A DNA stretch of 52,397 bases from an uncultured Spirochaetaceae bacterium (GTDB taxonomy: Bacteria; Spirochaetota; Spirochaetia; JAFGXN01): positions 1 through 52,397 of the forward strand of contig CAYJGX010000007.1 of assembly GCA_964369795.1 (NCBI GenBank). The letters run 5' to 3'. Positions within the stretch are counted from its first letter, which is position 1, and the number at the start of each line of letters is the position of its first letter. Below the pieces are notes generated by a model. That model was not told the origin of the DNA and ran no database searches. It worked only from the letters and a program-made list of their open reading frames with translations. Below, piece by piece: positions 24,701 to 33,737 of the stretch. The translations under genes and the position numbers were made by a program.

Positions 24701-25885
24701 TTAAATTTCTCTTTTTTCGCCCTCTAGGGTGGTGAAGAAGGTAATATCTTGGGCAATTTCGATAAGCCCACTATATTCACCTGCCACATTGTAAAGTGGC
24801 TTATATTGAACATAAATTTTTTGTTCATCGATATAAAAATAGAGGTCGACAAATTCTTGTTCTTTTTTCTTGAATATTTCGATTATTTTTTTGATGTTTT
24901 TGGTGTTCTTAGTGGATATGCAATCGGTATAGCTTTCGCCGATAAATTTAGGTTTTCGCTTAAAGTTTCGAGTATTTTCTTGGTTGTAATAAATGATGAT
25001 TCCATCTGCATTGATAACCGTAAATTCTACAGGGAGTGCATTGAAAACTTGATCCATCCGGTTGATGCTCATGAAGCCCGTGTCGAGTCTAAATCCATCG
25101 AGTTTGATTCCTTGTGTTTTTAGATGGAGTGCAAGAGGGTCTTGATCTTTTTCGATCCAAGAATAACCGATGGTTTTTCCCATGTTTCTAATTTCTTGCC
25201 AGTCTTCGTCTTTAAGTTGGGAGAGGGCCGTTGGGATAAGAAGTTGTTCCTCTTTGGTAATGCAATTATGGATTTGCTCGGTAGTGACGAGAAAAGTTTG
25301 TTTTACATTTTTTAGGTTGCTACTCTTAATGGCTTGCAATAGGTTTCGAATATTTTTGCGAATCTCTTTGTGAATATTGATAAAATACTCTAAAAGCGGA
25401 GCACAGTTTTCGCCTTGTAATTTTGGGAATAAAAGTTCTTCTTTTCTTTGGTAGTGATATTTTATCTCTGCAAGTTCGTTGATGAGAAGATTGAGGTCTC
25501 GCCAGTGAAGTTCAATTGGAGAACGGTCGATTTTTTTGAGAGCCCGTCTACTTTCTTTTATTAAGATTTCGGCATGGCGGTTTTCTTGCATAAGGGCATC
25601 GATTGCATGTCCATTGGGGGTGAAGGTTGATTTTTCTTTCTTGTTTTTTGATTTATCTTTTCGGATAATTTTAGGAAGTTTTCGCGTGGTGTTGCTTGCT
25701 TCATCGAGTGGAGATAGAGCAATTGAATTAGGGAGAGTTTCGCTAGATTCTAAGTCATTGCCTAGGTCTAGGGCAAGTTGATTGGGGTCGTCTTGTTGAG
25801 ACTCGATGGTTTCATCGGTCTGGGCCACTTCTATTTTTTTGAGTTTTTTTTCTTTTGATAAATTGTTAAAAATTGACACTATCAA
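24701..25885 (-). CDS. Hemerythrin-like / PAS (DUF438-type architecture) protein with a low-complexity N-terminal extension
   Basis: The central region has hemerythrin-like H/E spacing (NRHAEILIKE..HYQRKEELLFPKL..IHKEIRKNI). The C-terminal PAS-like part reads LPVEFTVINADGIIIYYNQ..YSGLIEIAQDITFF. The start is uncertain: TTG 25885 in the track, with GTG 25879 better spaced from AGAGG. Confidence 0.6.
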   Translation of the reverse strand: MIVSIFNNLSKEKKLKKIEVAQTDETIESQQDDPNQLALDLGNDLESSETLPNSIALSPLDEASNTTRKLPKIIRKDKSKNKKEKSTFTPNGHAIDALMQENRHAEILIKESRRALKKIDRSPIELHWRDLNLLINELAEIKYHYQRKEELLFPKLQGENCAPLLEYFINIHKEIRKNIRNLLQAIKSSNLKNVKQTFLVTTEQIHNCITKEEQLLIPTALSQLKDEDWQEIRNMGKTIGYSWIEKDQDPLALHLKTQGIKLDGFRLDTGFMSINRMDQVFNALPVEFTVINADGIIIYYNQENTRNFKRKPKFIGESYTDCISTKNTKNIKKIIEIFKKKEQEFVDLYFYIDEQKIYVQYKPLYNVAGEYSGLIEIAQDITFFTTLEGEKREI

Positions 25886-25999
25886 TACCTCTGTTATAAT
25901 TATAAGCGATAAACTTTACTTCTTGCAAGAAGTTTTATTATATAATCGGAAAAGATGGTCGATAATGTAATAAAGCTATAGGCTAAAAAAGGAGAAAAA

Positions 26000-27067
26000 A
26001 TGCTTCAGTACCGTATTTTAGGCTTGTTTTTACTTGTTCCTGCACTCATTTTTGCAAATTGGAATAAAACAACCCCTACCTTTACCGAAACAGGACACAC
26101 GTGGAATTTTACTTATCCCACAAAAGGAAGCGCCACCTATCAATGGGAAGCGAATTCGGAGAATTCGACACAACAACGCATCATCATCACTCTCGATAAT
26201 AAAGTGAAAATGATCATTCATCCCAATGGGAACACAGCCTATGCTGATATCTATATCCTTGATGATTGGCTTTACTACGAAAACATCAAACTAGCCATCC
26301 CCTTTGATCTTATCATGCAAACTCAGCCAAATGTTATTTTGCGCTCCTTAGATTCTTTTGTTGATTGGAAGATTTTGCTGCCAGCCTGTAATAAATCGAC
26401 ATTTCGTCTTACTCAAGATATTTTAAAAATTATTCGAACGCGATTGCCAATTATGGAAAGTTTGAACCCAGACGGAGTCACGTCGGAAGCTTTTGCAAAA
26501 TGGCTTGTTGATGGTTTTTATGAACCGCAAACGGGGAAAGAAATTTCCTACGAAGATTTAACGGATGAACTTATCGAAAAGCGAGGAAGCAGACATGTTT
26601 TGCGTATTGAAGAAGAGCATCTTCCTTTTTTAGGCCTTGACTGGGTGCGAAATTTAGCGCTTAAGATGGCCCTCATCAAAAAAGACGACGCGGAGTATGG
26701 AGATAATGATGTTGACTATCTTCATGAATTTCAATATTTAGGGCACACAGGTTATGGTGTTGCAGAATTAGAACGAATTTTATATATTTTAGCTGTAGAG
26801 CATTCAAATTCTTTTTTCTTAGGGAGTCTAAATGAGCGAGAACTTGGCGAAAAAGACTTGCTAAAATATCGAGGAATCGTCATTCTCTTCCCAGTCATTA
26901 ATTTACGAGGGGAATTAGAAGTTTTTGTCTTTGAAAACGGAAAAGAATGGGAACTTGAGGCATTTATTGGGTCAAATGAAGAAAAAAGAATACAACTTGT
27001 CGATATTTTGACTTCGTCGCTTTTTAGACCCACTGAATATGAACCTTTATCGGTTATAAAACGTTAG
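26000..27067 (+). CDS. Secreted hypothetical protein; first gene of the envelope operon
   Basis: 355 aa with signal peptide ILGLFLLVPALIFA and RBS AGGAGA upstream. I recognise no family. Confidence 0.6.
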   Translation: MLQYRILGLFLLVPALIFANWNKTTPTFTETGHTWNFTYPTKGSATYQWEANSENSTQQRIIITLDNKVKMIIHPNGNTAYADIYILDDWLYYENIKLAIPFDLIMQTQPNVILRSLDSFVDWKILLPACNKSTFRLTQDILKIIRTRLPIMESLNPDGVTSEAFAKWLVDGFYEPQTGKEISYEDLTDELIEKRGSRHVLRIEEEHLPFLGLDWVRNLALKMALIKKDDAEYGDNDVDYLHEFQYLGHTGYGVAELERILYILAVEHSNSFFLGSLNERELGEKDLLKYRGIVILFPVINLRGELEVFVFENGKEWELEAFIGSNEEKRIQLVDILTSSLFRPTEYEPLSVIKR

Positions 27068-27078
27068 TAGGTATTGTT

Positions 27079-30000
27079 ATGAAAAAAAAACTTTTTTTTG
27101 GGCTCTCTTTTTTTGTCATTTTCTCTCTTTATGCGGAGGATAGGGCTTTACAGACGAGGCTTTTCAATGAAGGCATACAACGGCTTGAAAACCAGAATTA
27201 TTTGTTAGCAGAAAATTTACTTAGTCAGTATTTAGCCGATGCAAGAAAAGATGATGAAAATCGAGCGGAGGCACTTTTAGGCTTTGGGGTTGCTCTTTTG
27301 CGAAATGGAAAGACCGATTTAGCGGGTGATACCCTTATGGAGCTCTCTTCTAATTATGAGGGGAGTTCTTTTGCAAACGAAGGAATCTATTGGAGAGGGA
27401 TTTGTCGTTATTTACAAGGAGATTATCTGGTTGCAGAGACTCTATTCACTTCGTTTTTAGAAATAGAAGCGGTGCCCGAAGGACTAGAGGGCTTTAATAA
27501 AAATCAAATTCAGCGCTGGGATTCATTTGTCTATCGTGGGTGGTCATTATATCGCTCCGATAAAAAAGCAGAGGCATTCGCCTCTCTTCAGACAGGATTA
27601 GAAAACGGATTAGCCGTTGATCTTAATTTTTCTCTCTTTTCGCTATTTGCTTCGCTTGCATTAGAGCTAGGGGAGAATCAGTATTTATTAGATAAAATAC
27701 AAGAAGGAAGCTATGATCTCTTTTCTCCTCTTGAACAACGACAAAAGAATTTCTATTTGGCAGAGGCGACGCTCTCGGTTGAAGGCTCAGAGGCGGCATA
27801 TCCACTTTATTTGCAAGTTGTTCAAGACGATGCGAGTTGGAATGAGTCACACGTGGCACTTGCTTGGAAACGAATTTTTAACATAGAAGAGGAAAGAGGG
27901 GATTTGTCCATTTTAAATGCCACTGCACTAAAGATGGTCTCTCTTGTCTCATATTATTCGGAAGAACTAAAACCCATTCTTCTTAGAATGGCTGCCATCA
28001 ATTTAGAAAATAATCGATTAGAAGATTTTTTTGTCATTAGTGACAACTACTTAAAGGCAAATCCCTACGATTTTAGAATGTGGGTCTATCATCTTGAGGC
28101 GTTAGGGGAAGGTGCTCCATTGCCAGAGCAACAAATCTTATCGATTATCACTGCCCCTAGAGCAGAACCTTACGGCGATTACTTGTGGATTCGTCGAATC
28201 CATCAGCTTGCAAAAGAGGAGGATTGGCGAGAATGTCAGAAAGAGTCAGAAAGAATGCTTGTGCTCTATCCCGATTCAATATTTGCATGGGAGGTTCTCT
28301 ATTGGGCCTCTTTTTCCGCAATGGAAAGTGGACTCTATCAAGAGGCTAAAAAAATTTTAGAAGAAAATGAAAAATTAAATAAGGAGATCTCAAAACTAAA
28401 AGAAGCACGCAAGGAAAACCCTCTTCTTCACTTTGAAAATCCTGCGGTTAAGCGATTGTCGGTTTTAAAAGCCTATCTGCAAAAAACAAATAAAGAGTAC
28501 AGAGGCGCATTGGCTAGTTTTTCGCTACTAATAGAGCCCTATTTTTTGCTTGAGGAAGTTCGGGAGAGAAATCCAAAACAGGCGCGCGAAGAGTTACAGG
28601 AAGAGGAGCTTCAGCTAATTTACAACGCAGCATTAGTCGCATTTCAATGTGAAGAGTACGAAGTGCTAAGACGTGCTAGAAAACATTATTTGAGTTTATC
28701 GTCACCAAAGGATGATAATTCGGTGCTGCTTTTAAATTATTATTATGCACTTTCATTTATTTCTGAAAAAGATTACCTAAAAACGATGGAAATTTTATTG
28801 CCGTTAGAAAAAGCATTGTTAAATTCGGGAGAGATTCAATTTTTGCATTCTTGGTCACTTTATTATTTGGGCTGGGCGAGTTACAGGGAAGGCGCATATA
28901 ACGATAGTTATGATTATTTTTCCCGAGTTCGTAGTGGTTATCCTGATTTTAGCTTGATAGTGGAGGTGCAAAAGTTGCTAGCTTGGGCTTCGGTTTCTGC
29001 GGGAGATTTTAAAGTGGGAGCAGAGGAGTTTTTAAAGTATGCAGAATTTGAAAAAGGAGAGACAAGAGATTTCGCCCTCTTTCAGGCGGGTAGGTCTTTT
29101 AATCTAGCTAAAGAATATGCGAAAGGCGAAGAAATTTTATTTGTCTTGTCGACGCAACAACAAAGTCCGTATGGGGATGATGCTCTTATGGAACTTGCTT
29201 CGGGGGCGTTGGCTCAGGAAAAATATAAAGAAGCATCAGACTATTATTTGTCAATGCAAGAAAAATATCCTAAAAGTTCAGAGTTAGAAGAATCGGCCTT
29301 TTTGGCTGCGGAAAGTTTATACCAAGGGGGAGATTTCGCCGCGGCGATTGACCTTTACAGCGATTACAAAAGAGCCTTTCCAAGCGGGTATAATTTTCAA
29401 GCGGCATTGTTTAGGGGTGCTGTTGCATCTGCAAAGCTAAAGGACTACCACGGGGCACGCTTTTTATATGATAGTTTATATAAAAAATTTCCGGGGGGGC
29501 CTTATGAAGCAGAAGCCATTATTGGTTTAGCGGAAATGGCAACGGAGTTGGAAGAATGGAATGTGGCACGGACTTGGTACCAGTTGTTGCAAGATAAATA
29601 TGAATTAGAGGCTCAGTCGGTACAGGTGGCGAGTCGACTCAATAGTCTTTTTTACAGAGCCCAAGGGAAAACCAATGAAGTTTCAGCCCTACTCGTATCG
29701 GTTCGAGAGGGAAAAGAGGTTCAAACCCGTAGAGGGCGACAAGCTGTGCTTGAACTATCAGATCTTTATCTAAACTTATATCGAACGAGTGAAAATATTG
29801 AGACGGCAAGAGGGTGGCTAAAATCAATTTTGAATATGGAAAAAATAAGTAAGGCAGATTTACTTGAGGCAAATCGATTGTTAGGCGATGATGCTTTTAG
29901 AGAAGGGCGTCATGATGAAGCAGTCTCGTATTATTTGGATGCGGCTACATTATCAGCTGATGATACAGAAATTGGAACGCTCTTGTATAAAGCGACTCAA

Positions 30001-30153
30001 GTGGCTCTAGAAAAAGGGGCCAATGAAGATGCCTTAAAAATTTATGATGTCTTATTAGAAAGGGTTCCGAAATCTTCTTGGGCAGAGAAAATTTTAGATT
30101 TGCCTGGCTTTAAACGTATTTATGAAAATCGGGAGGTTAAAAATGAAGAATAG
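27079..30153 (+). CDS. Secreted 1024-aa TPR-repeat protein
   Basis: Signal peptide KKKLFFGLSFFVIFSLYA. Dozens of TPR-like A/Y/L-patterned helical hairpins are spread throughout. The gene starts 11 nt after the previous stop. Confidence 0.8.
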   Translation: MKKKLFFGLSFFVIFSLYAEDRALQTRLFNEGIQRLENQNYLLAENLLSQYLADARKDDENRAEALLGFGVALLRNGKTDLAGDTLMELSSNYEGSSFANEGIYWRGICRYLQGDYLVAETLFTSFLEIEAVPEGLEGFNKNQIQRWDSFVYRGWSLYRSDKKAEAFASLQTGLENGLAVDLNFSLFSLFASLALELGENQYLLDKIQEGSYDLFSPLEQRQKNFYLAEATLSVEGSEAAYPLYLQVVQDDASWNESHVALAWKRIFNIEEERGDLSILNATALKMVSLVSYYSEELKPILLRMAAINLENNRLEDFFVISDNYLKANPYDFRMWVYHLEALGEGAPLPEQQILSIITAPRAEPYGDYLWIRRIHQLAKEEDWRECQKESERMLVLYPDSIFAWEVLYWASFSAMESGLYQEAKKILEENEKLNKEISKLKEARKENPLLHFENPAVKRLSVLKAYLQKTNKEYRGALASFSLLIEPYFLLEEVRERNPKQAREELQEEELQLIYNAALVAFQCEEYEVLRRARKHYLSLSSPKDDNSVLLLNYYYALSFISEKDYLKTMEILLPLEKALLNSGEIQFLHSWSLYYLGWASYREGAYNDSYDYFSRVRSGYPDFSLIVEVQKLLAWASVSAGDFKVGAEEFLKYAEFEKGETRDFALFQAGRSFNLAKEYAKGEEILFVLSTQQQSPYGDDALMELASGALAQEKYKEASDYYLSMQEKYPKSSELEESAFLAAESLYQGGDFAAAIDLYSDYKRAFPSGYNFQAALFRGAVASAKLKDYHGARFLYDSLYKKFPGGPYEAEAIIGLAEMATELEEWNVARTWYQLLQDKYELEAQSVQVASRLNSLFYRAQGKTNEVSALLVSVREGKEVQTRRGRQAVLELSDLYLNLYRTSENIETARGWLKSILNMEKISKADLLEANRLLGDDAFREGRHDEAVSYYLDAATLSADDTEIGTLLYKATQVALEKGANEDALKIYDVLLERVPKSSWAEKILDLPGFKRIYENREVKNEE

Positions 30154-31744
30154 AATAACGATATTACTTCTACTGTTAATTCCAGTTTTTGCTTTTGCTT
30201 TAGAACCGACAATTGCATTACCTCCTGTGTTGTTAGAATTAGAGGATTCAACAATAGACGAAATAGATACGCCGCTCCCGCAAATTATCTTGCCAGAAGT
30301 TGCAGAAATCGAAGTCGTTTTGCCAGATTTAGCAAATCCAGAAGTCGATTTAACACTTCTTCTGCCAGATGAAAAAGCACTAGAAATTGATGCCGACGCA
30401 ACCTCTCAGGGGCATTTTTTTGATGTCACCGTTGGGGTGGGGACTCTTGCCTCTGTTGTTGCAGGACTTGATTGGCATTATGTAAACGATTCTGGCTTGA
30501 GCACGAAGATGAAATTTCTTCACGATAATTCCATGTTTTGGAACTATTTGCCAATATCTGAAAATAGGATAGCAAGAACGGAAGATTTTTCATTTGATTT
30601 AGATTATCAGAATGAAGAGATCAGAGAAATGTTTGATCTCTCTTTATCCGAAAATCAGTTGTGGAATCAAAATAAGATTGCCACGATGGAAAGTTTGACC
30701 TGGCGAAATCTTTCAATTCAGAATCGAAGCGAGCATTTTTTTGATGAGGGGCTCTCGGTTCGTACAAAATTGGGAATTCAGAGCAGTATTTTTTCAGAAA
30801 ATTATGGCAACAATAGCAGAGATTATTCGGCAATTATGCCTGGATTAGGGATTTCTCTAAAACGAGATGAGTTAGAGTTTGTTTTGGATTTTGATTATCG
30901 GGCATCGGGTGAAATTGGACTTCCTCAGAGTGAGTCAGATCATTTTCTTAAATTTTTTATGGATTTTTTAGTTCCATTGCCATATAAATTAAAACTCAGT
31001 GGAGGATTTGGATTGGCTTGGAGTAATGATGAGACTCAAAATGTTTATAATCACGAATTTTTTGGGATTACGCTTCCTTTCTCGGTTAAATTGGCCGGGG
31101 AGCCTTTTGATTTCTTTGAATTTTCTGTTGAGGGAGGATTTAAGGAGTGGAGTGAAGATTATGCCGCCTTACAAGAAGAGCTTAGATGGATGCAATTTTC
31201 ACGGCTCGAGTTGGGGCAAGGGTGGTATGCGGATGCAAACTTTAGATTTCCAATTAAAAAAATAGCAACCATTGAGGCTGGCCTTGAATATAAAAACAGC
31301 CATCGACTCAATTACCTAAATACAAGCACACTATCTTCTGGACTTATTGAAGTATTGCAGGCTTCGGGAGAAACATTGCATCTATTTGCGGGTGCAGAGG
31401 TGATTCCAAACGACTATATTTCACTAGAACTAGACTGGAGAGGTGAAGTTCTCTCTACTTTGCCATTAGCCACTCCAGAACACGAACTTGCTTTCAATGT
31501 AAAATATAAAATCCCAGACGAGTGGTTTGGTGGAAATATGCGTCTAGGATTTGATTATTATGAAGAGGCAAGAATCCCAGAGTGGGACTTGGGCTTCTAT
31601 TTTAAATTTAAGGAAAAATATACCTTAAACATTGCTGCAACCGATCTTTTAGCAGGTATTTATGGAAAAGAGGGGCGTCCTGGGCGCGGTTTATTTGTAG
31701 AAGAGGGATCGGCTCTTGCTCTTTTGCTAAAAATATCTTTATAA
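30143..31744 (+). CDS. Putative outer-membrane beta-barrel protein
   Basis: RBS GGGAGG lies 6 nt upstream of ATG 30143 and the gene overlaps the TPR gene stop. Signal peptide ITILLLLLIPVFAFA. There are many amphipathic beta-strand pairs (EFVLDFDYRAS, LKLSGGFGLAWSN, WYADANFRFPI, IEAGLEYKN, LAFNVKYKI, WDLGFYFKFK). Confidence 0.55.
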   Translation: MKNRITILLLLLIPVFAFALEPTIALPPVLLELEDSTIDEIDTPLPQIILPEVAEIEVVLPDLANPEVDLTLLLPDEKALEIDADATSQGHFFDVTVGVGTLASVVAGLDWHYVNDSGLSTKMKFLHDNSMFWNYLPISENRIARTEDFSFDLDYQNEEIREMFDLSLSENQLWNQNKIATMESLTWRNLSIQNRSEHFFDEGLSVRTKLGIQSSIFSENYGNNSRDYSAIMPGLGISLKRDELEFVLDFDYRASGEIGLPQSESDHFLKFFMDFLVPLPYKLKLSGGFGLAWSNDETQNVYNHEFFGITLPFSVKLAGEPFDFFEFSVEGGFKEWSEDYAALQEELRWMQFSRLELGQGWYADANFRFPIKKIATIEAGLEYKNSHRLNYLNTSTLSSGLIEVLQASGETLHLFAGAEVIPNDYISLELDWRGEVLSTLPLATPEHELAFNVKYKIPDEWFGGNMRLGFDYYEEARIPEWDLGFYFKFKEKYTLNIAATDLLAGIYGKEGRPGRGLFVEEGSALALLLKISL

Positions 31745-31766
31745 TAAGAAAACTGGAGGAAAATAT

Positions 31767-32369
31767 ATGTTTGTCCCTGTAAATACGGAAAGTTTAATCA
31801 TTCTAATCCCTATCCTGATGCTTTCAGTGATAAGTTGTTTCATGATTGTAGAGCGAATCTTGTTTTATAAGAAGCATGTAAAACGAGAGGCAAAAGATTA
31901 TAGCGAGTTAAAATCATTTTTAAAGCGCGGAAATTCCTTAGATGCAAAAAAATATTGCGAATCTGCAAATTCTCCCTTAGCTCGTTTAACTCTTTTGGCA
32001 ATCGAAAATTCTAGTTTGCCAAAAGAAGATTTAAAAGATTATATTTCTGGTGCAGCTAACTTGGAAACACCTAAGCTAGAACGATTTGTGAGCCCCTTAG
32101 GGACGATTGCGGCAATTGGTCCTCTATTAGGTTTGCTTGGAACGGTCACTGGAAATATCAAGGCTTTTGGACTGCTTGGCGAAGGGTCTATCCAAAACTA
32201 TCAAATGTTAGCTCCAGCCATTGGGGAGGCTCTCTATACAACGGCAGCGGGTTTAGTCGTTGCAATCCCATCTATTATTTTTTATAACTATCTTATTCGT
32301 AAAGTCAATTATAATATTTCGCTACTAGAAAGCAGGATAGACGAACTAGTCAATCTAATTGGGGGTTAA
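31767..32369 (+). CDS. exbB: MotA/TolQ/ExbB proton-channel family protein
   Basis: 200 aa with three TM helices and the conserved LGLLGTVTG..A..TTAAGL(V)VAIP motif. Confidence 0.9.
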   Translation: MFVPVNTESLIILIPILMLSVISCFMIVERILFYKKHVKREAKDYSELKSFLKRGNSLDAKKYCESANSPLARLTLLAIENSSLPKEDLKDYISGAANLETPKLERFVSPLGTIAAIGPLLGLLGTVTGNIKAFGLLGEGSIQNYQMLAPAIGEALYTTAAGLVVAIPSIIFYNYLIRKVNYNISLLESRIDELVNLIGG

Positions 32370-32370
32370 G

Positions 32371-32793
32371 GTGGGAAAACGAATATCGGTTAAACGACGG
32401 TTTTCATCTTTTACTCAACCCGATTTAATTCCAATGATAGACATTATTTTTCAATTGGTTGTCTTCTTTATGGTGACGAGTACTATGAGCCAGTTGCCTG
32501 GGATTGAAATAGAGCTCCCGAAGTCAGAAACTTCGCATGCGGTAGAAATAGAAAATGTTGTTATTTCTATCGGAGAAAACGATGAACTTTTTTATCAAGA
32601 TGAATCTACGGATCTAGAACAAATAGAGGAAAGATTGCTAACAATCCCTTCTATCGAGCGCCAAAAACAGGCGGTTGTTATCCGAGGGGATGCCTCTAGT
32701 TCTCTAGGAACCTTTGTCTCAGTTTTGGATTTGCTTCGTAAAAATGGTTTCGAAAATTATTCGGTTCCGGTAACCATCTCTGAGTCGCGCTAA
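32371..32793 (+). CDS. exbD: Biopolymer transport protein ExbD/TolR
   Basis: DLIPMIDIIFQLVVFFMV places the conserved TM Asp, followed by a periplasmic domain. The start is GTG 32371 after GGGGG, or TTG 32359 as in the ORF track. Confidence 0.85.
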   Translation: MGKRISVKRRFSSFTQPDLIPMIDIIFQLVVFFMVTSTMSQLPGIEIELPKSETSHAVEIENVVISIGENDELFYQDESTDLEQIEERLLTIPSIERQKQAVVIRGDASSSLGTFVSVLDLLRKNGFENYSVPVTISESR

Positions 32794-33737
32794 TGAAAAC
32801 AATATCATCTCAAAAGAAAGAATTGCTTTTACACTATGGGTTAAGTGGCCTAATTACTTTATTCGTAGTTGTCTTTTTTGCTTTCCTTATTTTTTTGATG
32901 ACTCTCATTCCTACTACTAAAAATTATGGAACGACGGTTTTAAGTTTTCATATTAATTCAGAATCTCAGGAGGCTATGAAAGAGCCTTCGCCAAAGCCAG
33001 TTGCAAAAGCGGATCCTATTCCTACCGCTAAGCCAACTCCTAAACTTGCACCTAAGTCAACTCCTTCTACGCCCCCCAAAAAAACGACGGCGCGGCCTGT
33101 TTCTCAGCCCGTTCAGAACAAGGTGGCTCCCATCCCGACCGATGACTTTGTTGAAGCCGAATTCGAAGATATTCTTGTGGGAACGGGAAAGCAAACTCAA
33201 AAAACAAAATCAGATACAGCTAAAAAAGCGGTAGGGGTTCATGCTTCACAAGGAAGTCAGTCTCAAACGACGGAGGGATCTATCAATGAGAATCTTATGG
33301 CATCTGTGGAAAATTCTTTATTAGAAAGTTCTCAGCTTGAGCAACTAGATCAGATAGCTGCCAATGAAGCGACTCCATCAACATCAACATCAACCACTTC
33401 ATCAACATCAACAAAAACGAGCGAAAATGTGACTAGTGGGGCTTCTGTCTACTCGCTTGAAGAATACCGAAAATTTCGAAAAATGCTTGAAGGCGGATAC
33501 CCCACCTTAGATGAAATTGACCTAGCTCAGCGACGATTTATCAACGTTACGGTGAAATTAACGGTGGAACCCTCTGGAATCGTGCAAAAAGTACAAATTA
33601 TTGCTTCTTCTGGAAGTTCAGAGATTGACAATGCTATCGTTCGGGCATTAAGATATTGGAAGTTCGAACGAGTGAATGTTTTGACAAATGATGAACCCCT
33701 CTTAAAACTTTACTGGAGACCAGGAAATGAAAATTAA
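32793..33737 (+). CDS. TonB/TolA-like energy transducer (TM anchor, Pro/Lys-rich spacer, Ser/Thr-rich linker, TonB_C-like domain)
   Basis: The ATG overlaps the exbD stop (TAATG). TM helix GLITLFVVVFFAFLIFLMTLI. Pro-rich spacer PSPKPVAKADPIPTAKPTPKLAPKSTPSTPPKK. C-terminal string VTVKLTVEPSGIVQKVQIIASSGSSEIDNAIVRALRYWKFE. Confidence 0.75.
   Translation: MKTISSQKKELLLHYGLSGLITLFVVVFFAFLIFLMTLIPTTKNYGTTVLSFHINSESQEAMKEPSPKPVAKADPIPTAKPTPKLAPKSTPSTPPKKTTARPVSQPVQNKVAPIPTDDFVEAEFEDILVGTGKQTQKTKSDTAKKAVGVHASQGSQSQTTEGSINENLMASVENSLLESSQLEQLDQIAANEATPSTSTSTTSSTSTKTSENVTSGASVYSLEEYRKFRKMLEGGYPTLDEIDLAQRRFINVTVKLTVEPSGIVQKVQIIASSGSSEIDNAIVRALRYWKFERVNVLTNDEPLLKLYWRPGNEN

Noticed and set aside
27079-27102. 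A9 and T8 homopolymer tracts at the very start of the TPR gene (ATGAAAAAAAAACTTTTTTTTGGG) as a phase-variation switch.
   Set aside because: The tracts simply encode the KKK-LFF start of a normal signal peptide. Tracts of this length are common in AT-rich genomes, and there is no evidence of variation from a single sequence.
31767-33737. ExbB/ExbD pair as a Zorya-type (MotAB-like) defence module.
   Set aside because: ExbB is the standard 200 aa or so without the long coiled-coil tail of ZorA. ExbD has no peptidoglycan-binding domain. No ZorC/D-like genes are present, and the locus is embedded in an envelope operon.
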